A DNA stretch of 64,000 bases, taken from positions 369,148,001 to 369,212,000 of the forward strand of contig OZ024743.1 in assembly GCA_964016885.1 (NCBI GenBank), in the 5' to 3' direction. Under the pieces are notes generated by a model. The model had not been told where the DNA came from. It saw only the letters and a program-made list of their open reading frames with translations, and made no database searches. Source of the DNA: Eledone cirrhosa. Taxonomy: Eukaryota. This document shows, piece by piece, positions 1-10,438 of this stretch; position 1 is the first letter of the stretch, and every line of letters begins with the position of its first letter. A program made the position numbers and the translations under genes.

Positions 1-64
1 CTCTGCTATATATATATAAAAGAGGAATTTGTAGTTTACTTGAAGCATTGTGTATGGTATATAT

Positions 65-465
65 AATTTGAAGTTTGAAAGCCACGACAATGCGAAATGG
101 ATGGATAAACAAGTCAGATGAAACAAGATATATGTTTTACCTTAATTTATTTATATGTCTTGATATTTCAAGATTAAAATCTCTTCTTCCGAGGAGAATT
201 AAAGGGACTAATCCAGTGTTTGATGGAGCACACTATACCATGCTGGTGGAAGTGTTTTTTTTTTGTTTTTTTTCCCACCTCTGCCAGCATGGTATAGCGC
301 ACCCCATCAAACACTGGATTAGTCCCTTTTATTTTTCTCAGAAGAGATTTTAATCTCAAAATAACAGGTCATAGAAATAAATTAAGGTAAAACACATAAA
401 ATCTTGTTTCATTCGACTTGTTTATCCATTCATTTCGCATTGTCGTGGATTTCAAACTTCAAATT
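65..465. repeat. ~400-bp foldback palindrome (diverged arms ~65-255 and ~272-465, poly-T centre), probable PLE-derived mini-element
   Basis: Arms are reverse complements (aatttgaagtttgaaa...ccatgctgg / ccagcatgg...tttcaaacttcaaatt). Each arm has a decayed HHR-like motif C(G/A)GAAGA-gatt-tt-aatc-(G/A)AAA. Confidence 0.85.
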
Positions 466-1384
466 CACCAATAAATGTAGGTGAAGACGTTTTAACAGTT
501 CAAAAATATGAGATTTATTATATTAAACTGTACATAAGGCTACATACGATATTTTTAAAAAGCATGAATTCTTTAATACAATTGTTTATGTATATACATG
601 TAGAGCAAATATTCCATTGAAAATAAGACCAAATACTGTTAATTATATCATATTTTAATTAACACACATTTCATCCATCTTATTGGTAATATACTTAATT
701 ATTGATCCAATTATATAATCCAATAATTAGAATTTTCAGAATTAATAAAACATATAAATAACATTTTTACCCCAACAAGAACATTCTGTAAAGAATTATA
801 CCATAACAGTAAAGTTTGTTTGCATTTAAAAAAAAACAACATCATAATAGAAAATAGTCCTCAACATAAGCAGTTGGAACAGTTTTTATTCCACATATGC
901 ATTTAAACAAGCAATTATGTATTATACCAATTTTATAGAAAAGTTTATAAACTACTTTTTACACAATAAGACCTGTATAGATATGAGAGTTTTCAAGAGG
1001 AAAAAAGTTATCACTTATCAGATTGTACATAAATATACACATCTAGGCTTATATGCTTGATACTATATATATGTATACATTCCCACATATATACTCCTTC
1101 TACTATAATAAAGTACTACTACTTATTCATATAAATAACATCAAAGTAAAAACAATAAGTTTCAACTTCATCACAGATGAATACTTAAATATATTTATAT
1201 ATATGTGTGTGTGTATCCCAGGCGGTAACCACAGTAAGTAAGGTACTCAATACATAGTAGAGAATAAATGTTTAATATAGAAATTGCTTCTACAGGACTA
1301 GAACTGTTTCTATATTACATATATATACATACATATATATATATATATAAAGTGTTAAAACGATCAAATTTTAGTTTAGAACAT

Positions 1385-2111
1385 TTATTAGCTGACAATT
1401 GTTTCTTCCAGAGTCTGGAATCATCGGAGCATAAGGAATGTCGAAAACGTGTAACTAGAATCCTAATCAATTAGAACATTTAGGGTACATAGTTGTTATT
1501 AGTGTCAAAGGCATCACGTCGAGAGTCAGGAGTTAAAAAGATGTTCCACTTGAAACAACACAATTACAGGCAGCACTGGTTGGAAGTGTAATAAGTATAA
1601 GTAAAAGTAAAAAGCACAAGCAAAAAAATCACAAGCAAAAAAAACACAGGGAAAGAAGTTATAAGCAAGGACAATTGGTGTACAATTGGTGGACAATTGA
1701 GCCAATACAGTCAATAAGGCATGTATGAGGAAAGAGTTATAATGCAGTTGAAGTACACATATTTTGTGTGGGGTGTTATAGCATGTTATAATTGTTATAA
1801 ATGTTTAAGATAGTGTGCAATTTGTTAGAGAGGCATGTGGTGATAATGGAGGTATTTTTATGTAAGGTGTAATGTAAAGCACATGATAGCGTTGGGTATG
1901 TGATTTTCATTTAAGTGTTTTTGTGTTGTAGTTCGTATGTATGTGTGTATGTTGTTTGTTACTCACAGCTATTAATCATGGGATTATTTTAAGTCGTTTA
2001 TAGTCAATAGGTGTGTGTTTGTTAAATGTGAATTCCGCCGAATTACTGGCCATGTTGTTATTGTAGGTATATTATCTTATGCATTTTGACCCTTATAACA
2101 CATTTCCTTCG
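1385..2111 (-). mobile_element. Decayed Penelope-like element 3' remnant (GIY-YIG C-terminal-like residues, 3'UTR, terminal HHR)
   Basis: Minus strand ~2111-1890 gives frameshifted IRVKMHK...NSA..HI..HTPIDYKRLKII...HLNE, resembling the C-terminus of the PLE GIY-YIG endonuclease. An HHR lies downstream at 1391-1430, and the remnant is near (TA)n on both sides. Confidence 0.5.
1391..1430 (-). ncRNA. Minimal type-I hammerhead ribozyme motif with one core substitution
   Basis: Minus strand: gct CCGATGA ttccag-act-ctggaa GAAA caattg TC agc. Stem II is a perfect 6 bp, stem III is palindromic, stem I is 3 bp, and U4 is changed to C. Confidence 0.65.
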
Positions 2112-2112
2112 T

Positions 2113-2145
<33 letters not shown>

Positions 2146-2308
2146 ATGCTAGCGTGGAAGATAGATGTTAAACGACGATGATGATATAGTACCCTAAGTA
2201 TTGAGTACTCTGGTGCGTTATGGTCCACCTGGTTCCTTACCACACTTTCTTTGTTTTATATATATATATATATATTTAGTTATGTAATAAACAACATAAG
2301 ATAATTAT

Positions 2309-2369
2309 TTCATTTACCAGTGGTTTCTTGAAGACAGATGTTATGTCTGTCTTCAGTCATCAGAATGAA
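2309..2369 (-). ncRNA. Type-I hammerhead ribozyme motif, intact core
   Basis: Minus strand: ttcatt CTGATGA c tgaagacaga-cataaca-tctgtcttca a GAAA cca-c-tgg TA aatgaa. Stem I is 6 bp and stem II at least 10 bp. Confidence 0.85.
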
Positions 2370-2429
2370 TAAAAAAACATGGTGTTTTTATTAAATATGG
2401 ATTTGAAAACAAAATTTAGGAAAATTGTG

Positions 2430-2769
2430 CGCATGCGTATGTGTACGTATGTACGTGGGTTATGTACCTTTGAGCTTCATTTATTTTTTGTAGTGTTTTT
2501 TTGTATGTGGATGTGTGTGTATTTGCATGTATGTATGTGCGTTTATATATTTGTGTGTGTGTGTGTATGTGTGTGTATATATGTGTTTATATATGTATAT
2601 ATATGTATATATATGTATATATATGTATATGTATGCCCATGTGTGTATATGTGTACGTATATTTATTTTATATATATATACACATATATATGCGTGTGTG
2701 TTTGCATGTGTGGATAGGTATATATGCATGTATATGTGTATGTGTGCATGTATGTGTATATATGTGTGC

Positions 2770-2809
<40 letters not shown>

Positions 2810-2825
2810 ATATATATATATATAA
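2430..2825. repeat. Compound (TG)n/(TA)n microsatellite
   Basis: Visible directly; source of the spurious C/V/Y/I-rich ORFs. Confidence 0.95.
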
Positions 2826-3149
2826 ATTGTATGTTAAATCTGACACGTGTCGCCCATTCCGACAGACAACCCCCCCCCCCCGGAAAAAAACTCAGTTGAT
2901 GGATGTGAATCCGAAATATATAGGGACAATTAAATCTCTCCCAAGGTAACTCTTTCTCGAGTTGTTATTTTTATTTTTATCCTTTACGCTCTTTCCTTCA
3001 TTCCTCTACACGTTACAGTCTTATACACGCCACGCATCTCAACGTACACCCACTTACATCTCTCTCTCCACCACCGGATCTTGTTACCCGGAGATTTACC
3101 CATCTGCATTGTCGAGGCTTCCAAACCACTTAAAGAATTTACCATATAT

Positions 3150-3668
3150 ATATATAATCTCCCATAAGGTTGAGATGCAATTTAGGCAATATCAGGCTGC
3201 GCTTTCTAGCAACCAGCTCACTCGCCGTAAGGCACCAATCACATTCTTTCTCACTTGACCACTGCCACGTTTCTGGCGTGGATCATTTAAGAAAAATTTT
3301 CGTCCAAGTGAGTTTGTTTCCTGATGATTTCGAAGCTCGAGAATTTATTCTTGATCGGATATTTCCAAAAGCGAATGAAACCCTAAGGGGTAGAAACGTA
3401 ATCCTGGTATGTTTATATACATTTTTTCTTCTAGCTTTAATTTTATATCTAATTGTGTATGGTTGACGACATATTTAATCGATTTCCACGTGCTATTGAA
3501 ATGGTGGGTAAATATTCTATAGCTGTTAATCGCGAAGAGATAGCTGTCGTTTATTTATCTATTATTTCTTCATAGATGCCTTTTAATCTTATAGCCTGGT
3601 TTAATTGGTTTTTTGTGTGGTTGATTATGCTGATTGGGAATCAAATGATTCTTTGGACATAATTTATA

Positions 3669-3670
<2 letters not shown>
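3150..3670. mobile_element. Unclassified interspersed repeat, second copy at ~32665-33235
   Basis: Shared sequence ataatctcccataaggttgagatgcaattt...ttatagcctggtttaattg...caaatgattct.tggacata.tttatagt. Both copies are flanked by (TA)n. Confidence 0.75.
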
Positions 3671-3740
<70 letters not shown>

Positions 3741-3882
3741 ATACTTTGGGAGGGTCATGTTGCCAATAAGAAACACACGCACCAGTTGCTTTCACTTCAA
3801 TTTATTATAATAAATTTATAAATTTAGGAATTTATAAATTTCCGGTTGGTTGGTTCCACAACCAGATGGTTGTTTATATATT

Positions 3883-3925
3883 GTCAAAGTTCTTTCGTCA
3901 CACATTCTGTGACCTCTTCAGTGAC
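3883..3925 (-). ncRNA. Minimal hammerhead ribozyme motif (left arm)
   Basis: Minus strand: gtca CTGAAGA g gtcaca-gaatg-tgtgac GAAA gaac TT tgac. Confidence 0.75.
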
Positions 3926-4061
3926 TGGGGATTCTTTTCTTTGTTTTTGTGCCTCTCCTTTGTTCTGTCCTACGCCATCTTGTTTCAACACACACACACA
4001 GAAACAATATGGCGTAGGACAGAACAAAGGAGAGGCACGAAAACAAAGACAAGAATCCCCA

Positions 4062-4104
4062 GTCACTGAAGAGGTCACAGAATGTGTGACGAAAGAACTT
4101 TGAC
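4062..4104 (+). ncRNA. Minimal hammerhead ribozyme motif (right arm)
   Basis: gtca CTGAAGA g gtcaca-gaatg-tgtgac GAAA gaac TT tgac. Stem I is 4 bp and stem II 6 bp. Confidence 0.75.
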
Positions 4105-4326
4105 AATATATAAAAAACCATCTGGTTGTGGAACCAACCAACCAACCGGAAATTTATAAATTCCTAAATTTATAAATTTATTATAATAAATTGAAGTGAA
4201 AGCAACTGGTGCGTGTGTTTCTTATTGGCAACATGACCCTCCCAAAGAATAACAATATCAGTTTCAACACACGTTTTCAGATAAAGAATCTTGCTAAACA
4301 AATTCAGAAACGAAATATATATATAT

Positions 4327-4460
4327 ATAAAGAAAAAAAGATGAAATCGAAAATGCAACTGGAGTCTTATTTTTTTTTAAATATATATATAAATAAATAT
4401 ATATATTTTTTTTTAAATAAGTCTCCAGTTGCATTTTCGATTTCATCTTTTTTTCTTTAT
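4327..4460. repeat. Short inverted repeat (~45-bp arms, AT-rich spacer)
   Basis: ataaagaaaaaaagatgaaatcgaaaatgcaactggag / ctccagttgcattttcgatttcatctttttttctttat. Confidence 0.85.
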
Positions 4461-4516
4461 ACTTTCACTCGTGTCGGACACCTCGCTTATTTTTCATTTT
4501 GTAAAAAAAACCTCAC

Positions 4517-4559
<43 letters not shown>

Positions 4560-4767
4560 TTAGAATTGGTGCTCTGAAATAGCCATATATATATGAATGT
4601 ATATATAGTGTATTTTGCAATACACTTTATGCTTAATTAAAAGCATTTTGAAGACCTTATGCTATTGTTTTAGAGTAGTGACAGACTCACTTACTTTAAT
4701 TTCAGCAAACAGGGGGAGATAAAGCTGACAAGGCCTTGTTTCTGCATTTATTGATAAAAAATATGTG

Positions 4768-4799
<32 letters not shown>

Positions 4800-4961
4800 C
4801 ACATTTTTTTGTTCTTATTTTTTTTTTTTTTTTAATTATTTCTGCTTCCCTACTATTTCCCTAATTTGAGTGCATATATATATCTGTGTATATGTATGTG
4901 TATGTATTTATGTTCCTGTCCATATTTCCTTATGTGAGAAAGTATACGTCTGTGTACTTTT

Positions 4962-5115
4962 TTAGCAGATCCACTGATCAGCTTGTATACAGCTTGTATA
5001 CAGTAAACTGACTGACCAGTCTGCAGATATGCAAATCTGGCTGATCAGTGGATCTGCTAATATGCAGATCTGACTGATCAGCCAGTCTGCTAATATGCAA
5101 ATCAGGCCGATCAGT
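4962..5115. repeat. 21-bp perfect inverted repeat plus ~33-bp tandem subrepeats
   Basis: ttagcagatccactgatcagc (4962-4982) / gctgatcagtggatctgctaa (5040-5060), with about three ctgc(ta/ag)atatgca..tc.g.c.gatcag units. Confidence 0.75.
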
Positions 5116-5179
5116 CGCTGTGTATTTTTGAAAATAGCATATATTTTCACTAGCTCTGACAGTTTGGCAGGTGAACAGT

Positions 5180-5228
5180 GAGCTGTACTGATGAAGACTG
5201 ATACCCAGAAACATTAGTGTCTGCAGTT
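5180..5228 (+). ncRNA. Candidate type-I hammerhead motif (weak stem II)
   Basis: gagctgta CTGATGA agactgataccca GAAA cattagtg TC tgcagttc. Stem I is 8 bp including G-U pairs and the core is intact, but stem II is degraded. Confidence 0.5.
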
Positions 5229-5429
5229 CTGTTCGCATGCCAACACAAGAGCAAGAATGAAGTGTTCATTCTACTGACATGGCTATAAAATTGAGGCTTG
5301 TTTGTATAATTGCAAACGAATCGAATGCTATTATTAATATTCGAAAAACTCAGATTACATTTATTGTATTCAGCCATGTAGAGTGAAATTTTCTTTTATA
5401 TATATATATATTAAAAATTATATTAAAAA

Positions 5430-5880
5430 TTAGAAATTAGAAATAAGAGGGATCAGATGTTGTTTACTCGAGAGAAGACTACGTGGTATGGTCACGTGAT
5501 GCGCATGAAAGACAACAGCTGTATAAAAAAGTGCAGGGCAATAAAAATAGACGGTAGCCACGGAGTAGGCAGACCCAGAAAAACCTGGGACAACTTGATA
5601 AATTCTGACCTCACACACTTACACCTCTCCAAGACAATGTCACTGGACTGAGATCTTTGGCACTACACAGTAATACAGAAGATCCGCCTTGCCTAAGTAC
5701 AAAGCAAAACCTACAGTCAGTAGGCACCTCTAACAAAAATACACCCCCGTCCCACTACCCCCACCCCATCCACACCACCCCCTTCAATGTCAAGTTATGT
5801 TGGTACCTCAACATCCAGTCCGAAACAAATGAGGTCGTGTAGGTGTCATGACAAAAAAACACACAGTCCACGCTGTAATG
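5430..5880 (+). mobile_element. RTE-clade LINE 3' fragment
   Basis: WYGHVMRM...GVGRPRKTW C-terminal RTE motif plus a 3'UTR shared with 31603-32475. Confidence 0.85.
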
Positions 5881-6303
5881 TGGCCGTGGAGTCTGTGCTG
5901 CTGTACAGGTCTGAAACTTGAACACTGATCAAGAGACTCATTCAGATGGCGGATGGGTGCTACACGAGAATTCTGAGGATGGCGCTGGACATTAATCAGT
6001 ATACACTGAGGATTAAAAACTCAGAGCTATATGGGAGACTCCCAAAAGTCAGTTCAAAAGTAACACAGAGGAGACTGAGGTTAGCTGGACATGCTCACCG
6101 ACATTCACAGTTAAAACTGCACTCAGTGGTCCTGTGGGAGCCCCTCCACGGACACACTGGAAGAGGAAGACCGAGGTTAACATATGTTGATGCCCTAAGG
6201 ACAGACACTGGTCTCTGGAAGACACGAGAAATGGTGGCGACGCTGAAGGACAGAGACCGCTGGAGAGAACTTGTCCATGGATCTCAGGATATTTACCCGC
6301 CCT
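5880..6303 (+). mobile_element. LINE (RTE-group) C-terminal fragment, different family
   Basis: VESVLLY.SET...DGCYTRILRMAL...RRLRLAGHAHRH...GRGRPRLTY...DRDRWR. Confidence 0.8.
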
Positions 6304-6646
6304 AGATATACATATATATATATACACACATACATGCTTGTGTATAATCATATAGGAAAGTACATAACATATACACACACTTACATAAATACACATAAAT
6401 ACCCACATGTACATACAAAACATGAATCACATATGATTATACATTTTCCTATGGATTAGGACTCTACATAATATATAATACTTCACGCCAAAATATGTTA
6501 TTGAAACAAAGTGTACAATCAAACATCGACAATATAACCAAACACCATATTCACAACATATATATATATATATACATACATACACACACATACAGACTCA
6601 CACACACATACACACACACGCATACACACACACACACACACACACC

Positions 6647-6690
<44 letters not shown>

Positions 6691-6765
6691 TACACATATA
6701 TAACCACACACATACATATACAAAACTACAAGATATAATTAACAGTATTTGGTCTTATTTTCAAT

Positions 6766-6783
6766 GCATCATCATCATCATCC

Positions 6784-6833
<50 letters not shown>

Positions 6834-7490
6834 GTTTAACGTCTATCTTCCACACTAGCATGGGTTAGATTTGAGGCAAGATTGGTTGGGTGACTGTGTC
6901 TCACTCGTATAGAACTGTTTCTGGCAGGTTTTCTACAGCTGGATGCCCCTCCTAATACCAACCACATTTACAGTGTGGACTGGGTGCTTCTTGTGGTGAC
7001 ACCAACATGACCTCTTTACAGTGTGAGCTGGATGTTCTGTGGTACCAACATAATTTTACAGAGAAAGAGTGGTGTGGGCGGAAGTGGGAGGATGGAGTAG
7101 GATAGTGGGGGTGGGGTGTATATTGGGTTAAGAAATGCCTACTGATCGTAGGTTTAAGTTCATAAGTAAGGGAAGGCGGATCTTCTGTATTACTGCATAG
7201 CACCAAAGGTCATGATCCAGAGAAATTGTCTTAGAGAGGTTTAAGTGTGCAAGGTCAGTTTTTATCATCTCATCCCAGGTTTTTCTGGGTCTACCTACTC
7301 CGTAGCTTCCGTCAATTATGATCGCACTGCACTTTTTTATACAGCTGTCGTCTTTCATACGCATCTCATGACATACCAACGTAATCTCCTCTCAAGTAAA
7401 CTGTATCTGATCCCTCTTATTCCTAATTTCCCACTTAGTTCGATTACGTTTTGCCGTTTGTGTATATTACTATTACACATCCATCGGAGC
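6766..7490 (-). mobile_element. RTE LINE 3' fragment with (ATG)n/(CAT)n tail
   Basis: MLRWMCN...ERRLRWY...GRPRKTW, followed by the 3'UTR and a trinucleotide tail. Confidence 0.88.
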
Positions 7491-7497
7491 ATATATA

Positions 7498-7540
<43 letters not shown>

Positions 7541-7974
7541 TATATATATACACACACACCCTGCTAAAATGCCCCCTCATGAAAAATGCATCCAATACAT
7601 CCTCTGAGCATACCAAATATGGAACATAACAAGCAAGATTGATTGCTCTGACTCATTTGCTAACTACCCACCCCATGCCAGTGTGAAAAGGGATATTGAA
7701 TGATGATGATGATGATGATTTTGATGATGATGGTGATGATGATGATGGTGAGTAAAGTTTTGCCTATGAAGCACATATCAAATTTTTGTACTTTCAGCAT
7801 TGTGTGTGTACTGGATCCACTCTCCCAATATAAGTACTATTATAGTGTAAGATATATATTTGTACTTTAATCGTAATAGAATTTTTTAGTAAGTGTAGAA
7901 ATATTTTAGATTAATGTTTTGATCAATTTCTCTATTTCTTTTTCAGTGTGGAAAATAAACCACTGATTTTCATT

Positions 7975-9325
7975 CCAGCCAGCCATGCAACACTCAGCAT
8001 CAACCCTATTGAGTGCAAGCTGGAGATCACCTTCTGTTGATCACCTTCTGTAATACCATTTCAACTGCAAATTCTAGCCAACTGATTCTACACTTGCCAA
8101 TTGTGATACCACTTCCAACCTGGCTGTACATATCAATTCTGTTCATGAAAATAATGAATAAGAGAGGTGACTCCTTGGCGGAGACCGACTCCCACATTGA
8201 ATAGTTTTGTTTTAGGACCATTTATCCAAACATAAATACTCAGGCATTTGTATAAAGACATCATGGCAGCAAGAGACTGACCATCGATCCCATATTTTTG
8301 CAGAACCTTCCACAGCAGGTCCCGAGGAATGCGGTCATATGCTTTTTTAAGGTCTACAAAGCAAAAATACTTAGCATGGGGAGGCTTAACAAGGAGGTCC
8401 CTCTATAATTGGAGCAATATCACTTGTCTCCATTTTTAAAAATCGAGATTATCACTCTTGACAATCCTTCCCATTGCTTAGGTGTCTTTCCAGAGATCCA
8501 GGACACCCAGCCAGAGAATACCTTCTATTTAAAGATTTTAACATCTTGGGCGATATTTCATCCTCCCCTGTGGCCTTACCACATTTGAGCGCTTTAATTG
8601 CTTTTGTGATTTCAGCCTCTGAGAGATTAGTCATCACTCCCAGACGCACTTTGTGTACATCAGAAGATGCTGTTGTGATTAGGTTTAGGAGATCAGCAAA
8701 GTATCCTTTCCACCTTACGAGGATATTCCTTTCTGAAGAGAGAAGAACCCGATACATTCCTGATAGCAGGTGTGGAGGAGGACTTCTTATTACGAATCGC
8801 CGGATGGTCTGCCAGAACACTTTATTTGCTGATATGAAGTCGGGTTCCACCTTAACCCCAAAGTCCTCCCATGTCTTAACTTTGGACGTCTTTACTGTCT
8901 CTGCTGCAATTTTACAAGGAGGACTTATTTCCAATATAAGTTTTGTAGACCTCCTTCTTTGCTTACATGGCATCTTTGACCTCTTGATTGAACCAAGGGG
9001 TCCTCCTGCTATCTGGTGCCACACCAAGCTTCTTTTCCTCACAGTATTTAACAGTTGAAGCAGAAATTGCTAATCTGAACAATCTTCTTTCCATTTTACA
9101 TCCTCAGTTTGGCCAGGGAATTCTCTGAATTTGGATGCAATAGTATCTGCTACCTGGTCCTAGCTTCCTTATCTACCAACGCTTCCCATTTTATCCTGAA
9201 GGTCGACCTGGACCTTCCAGTTTTGTGGGCTTCTTAGGTTTTAGGTAGTCTTAGTTGCAGATAACTAGATGGTGATCAGTTGACAGCTCAGCCCTTCTCC
9301 TAACACGAACATCCAGCACAGATTT
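7975..9325 (-). mobile_element. Decayed RTE-group LINE (end of endonuclease to RT)
   Basis: AELSTDHHLV, GKATGEDEISPKMLK, FVDLKKAYD, SPLLFIIFM motifs with frameshifts. Confidence 0.85.
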
Positions 9326-9326
9326 G

Positions 9327-9397
9327 AAGAAGAAGAAGAAGAAGAAGAAGAAGAAGAAGAAGAAGAAGAAGAAGAAGAAGAAGAAGAAGAAGAAGAA
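9327..9397. repeat. (GAA)n microsatellite
   Basis: Pure GAA run. Confidence 0.97.
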
Positions 9398-9739
9398 ACT
9401 AAGTGATTAAGACACAAAACAATCAAATGCATAGAAAAGTAAAATCAGGATTATCTAACAAATAACTCTAAATGTTAATGAAATTGCAGTATCTAATGAT
9501 TAAATCTTTAATGACATGCACAAGCAAGGTCTTTTCTCTTGACAGTTTTATCTAATTAATACCAGAAATACCCAAATAGAGCCCAGTGGAATTTGAACTG
9601 AGAATGCAAAGAGCCAGAACAAATTTGAGGAGACATCCTATCCAACACTCTAAATCCTGTTCTAAACTAGTATTTTATTAATCAATCCTGAAAGGACTTG
9701 AATTCAGAATGCAAGAAACTAAAATTTATGATTTTATAT

Positions 9740-10171
9740 TTCCAATCTCTCTGAATTGAGAGATCACAGCTCTGATACTATAGATATATGGTTAGAATAT
9801 CTCAAGAGAGAATCACTGGACAGATTTTATGGATAAAACCAACTGGTAGGAAACCCAGGAGTAGACCCTGAGCCAGATGGCTGGAAAACATCTATGAGTT
9901 TGGCTGGTCATGCTTAAAGGATCCAGCTAGATCAATTGGAGGTGGTTGCTTCAGACGGGACTTGCTGGAAGATGTACATGAGGGGTCTGCTCCTATGACC
10001 CATTCAGGAATATGTGGGCAAGGAGAAGGAGGAGAAGAAGAAGAAGAAGAAGAAGAAGAAGAAGAAGAAGAAGAAGAAGAAGAAGAAGAAGAAGAAGAAG
10101 AAGAAGAAGAAGAAGAAGAAGAAGAAGAAGAAGAAGAAGAAGAAGAAGAAGAAGAAGAAGAAGAAGAAGAA
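9740..10171 (+). mobile_element. RTE-group LINE 3' end with long (GAA)n tail (10033-10171)
   Basis: Similar to 47290-47520, 50270-50520 and 27355-27680 (gagatcacagc...ggatccagctagatca...caggaatatgtgg). The poly-E/poly-K ORFs are the tail. Confidence 0.75.
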
Positions 10172-10179
10172 ATTAATCG

Positions 10180-10346
10180 TGTTAAAATGTATTGGTTTCT
10201 GCTAGTCTCCCTTACAACAGTTGACTCTAGAAGCTGGAATAGGAGGAAATAAAATGGATATACGAACTGTGTAGCTGGGGTGCCAGAAGTGCAGAGGAGG
10301 TCTTGTCGGAGCGAGGGGCGAGTGACATCACATCAGAAGAGCAGCA

Positions 10347-10438
<92 letters not shown>

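Larger units (their letters stand above)
3735..4257. repeat. ~520-bp near-perfect foldback palindrome carrying two outward-facing HHRs (PLE-like inverted pLTR)
   Basis: Arms 3735-~3987 and ~4001-4257 are reverse complements around a (CA)n loop. The right arm continues as unpaired sequence to ~4315, and the element is embedded in (TA)n. Confidence 0.92.

Noticed and set aside
9962-10252. Poly-Glu / poly-Lys protein
   Set aside because: (GAA)n tail of a LINE fragment.
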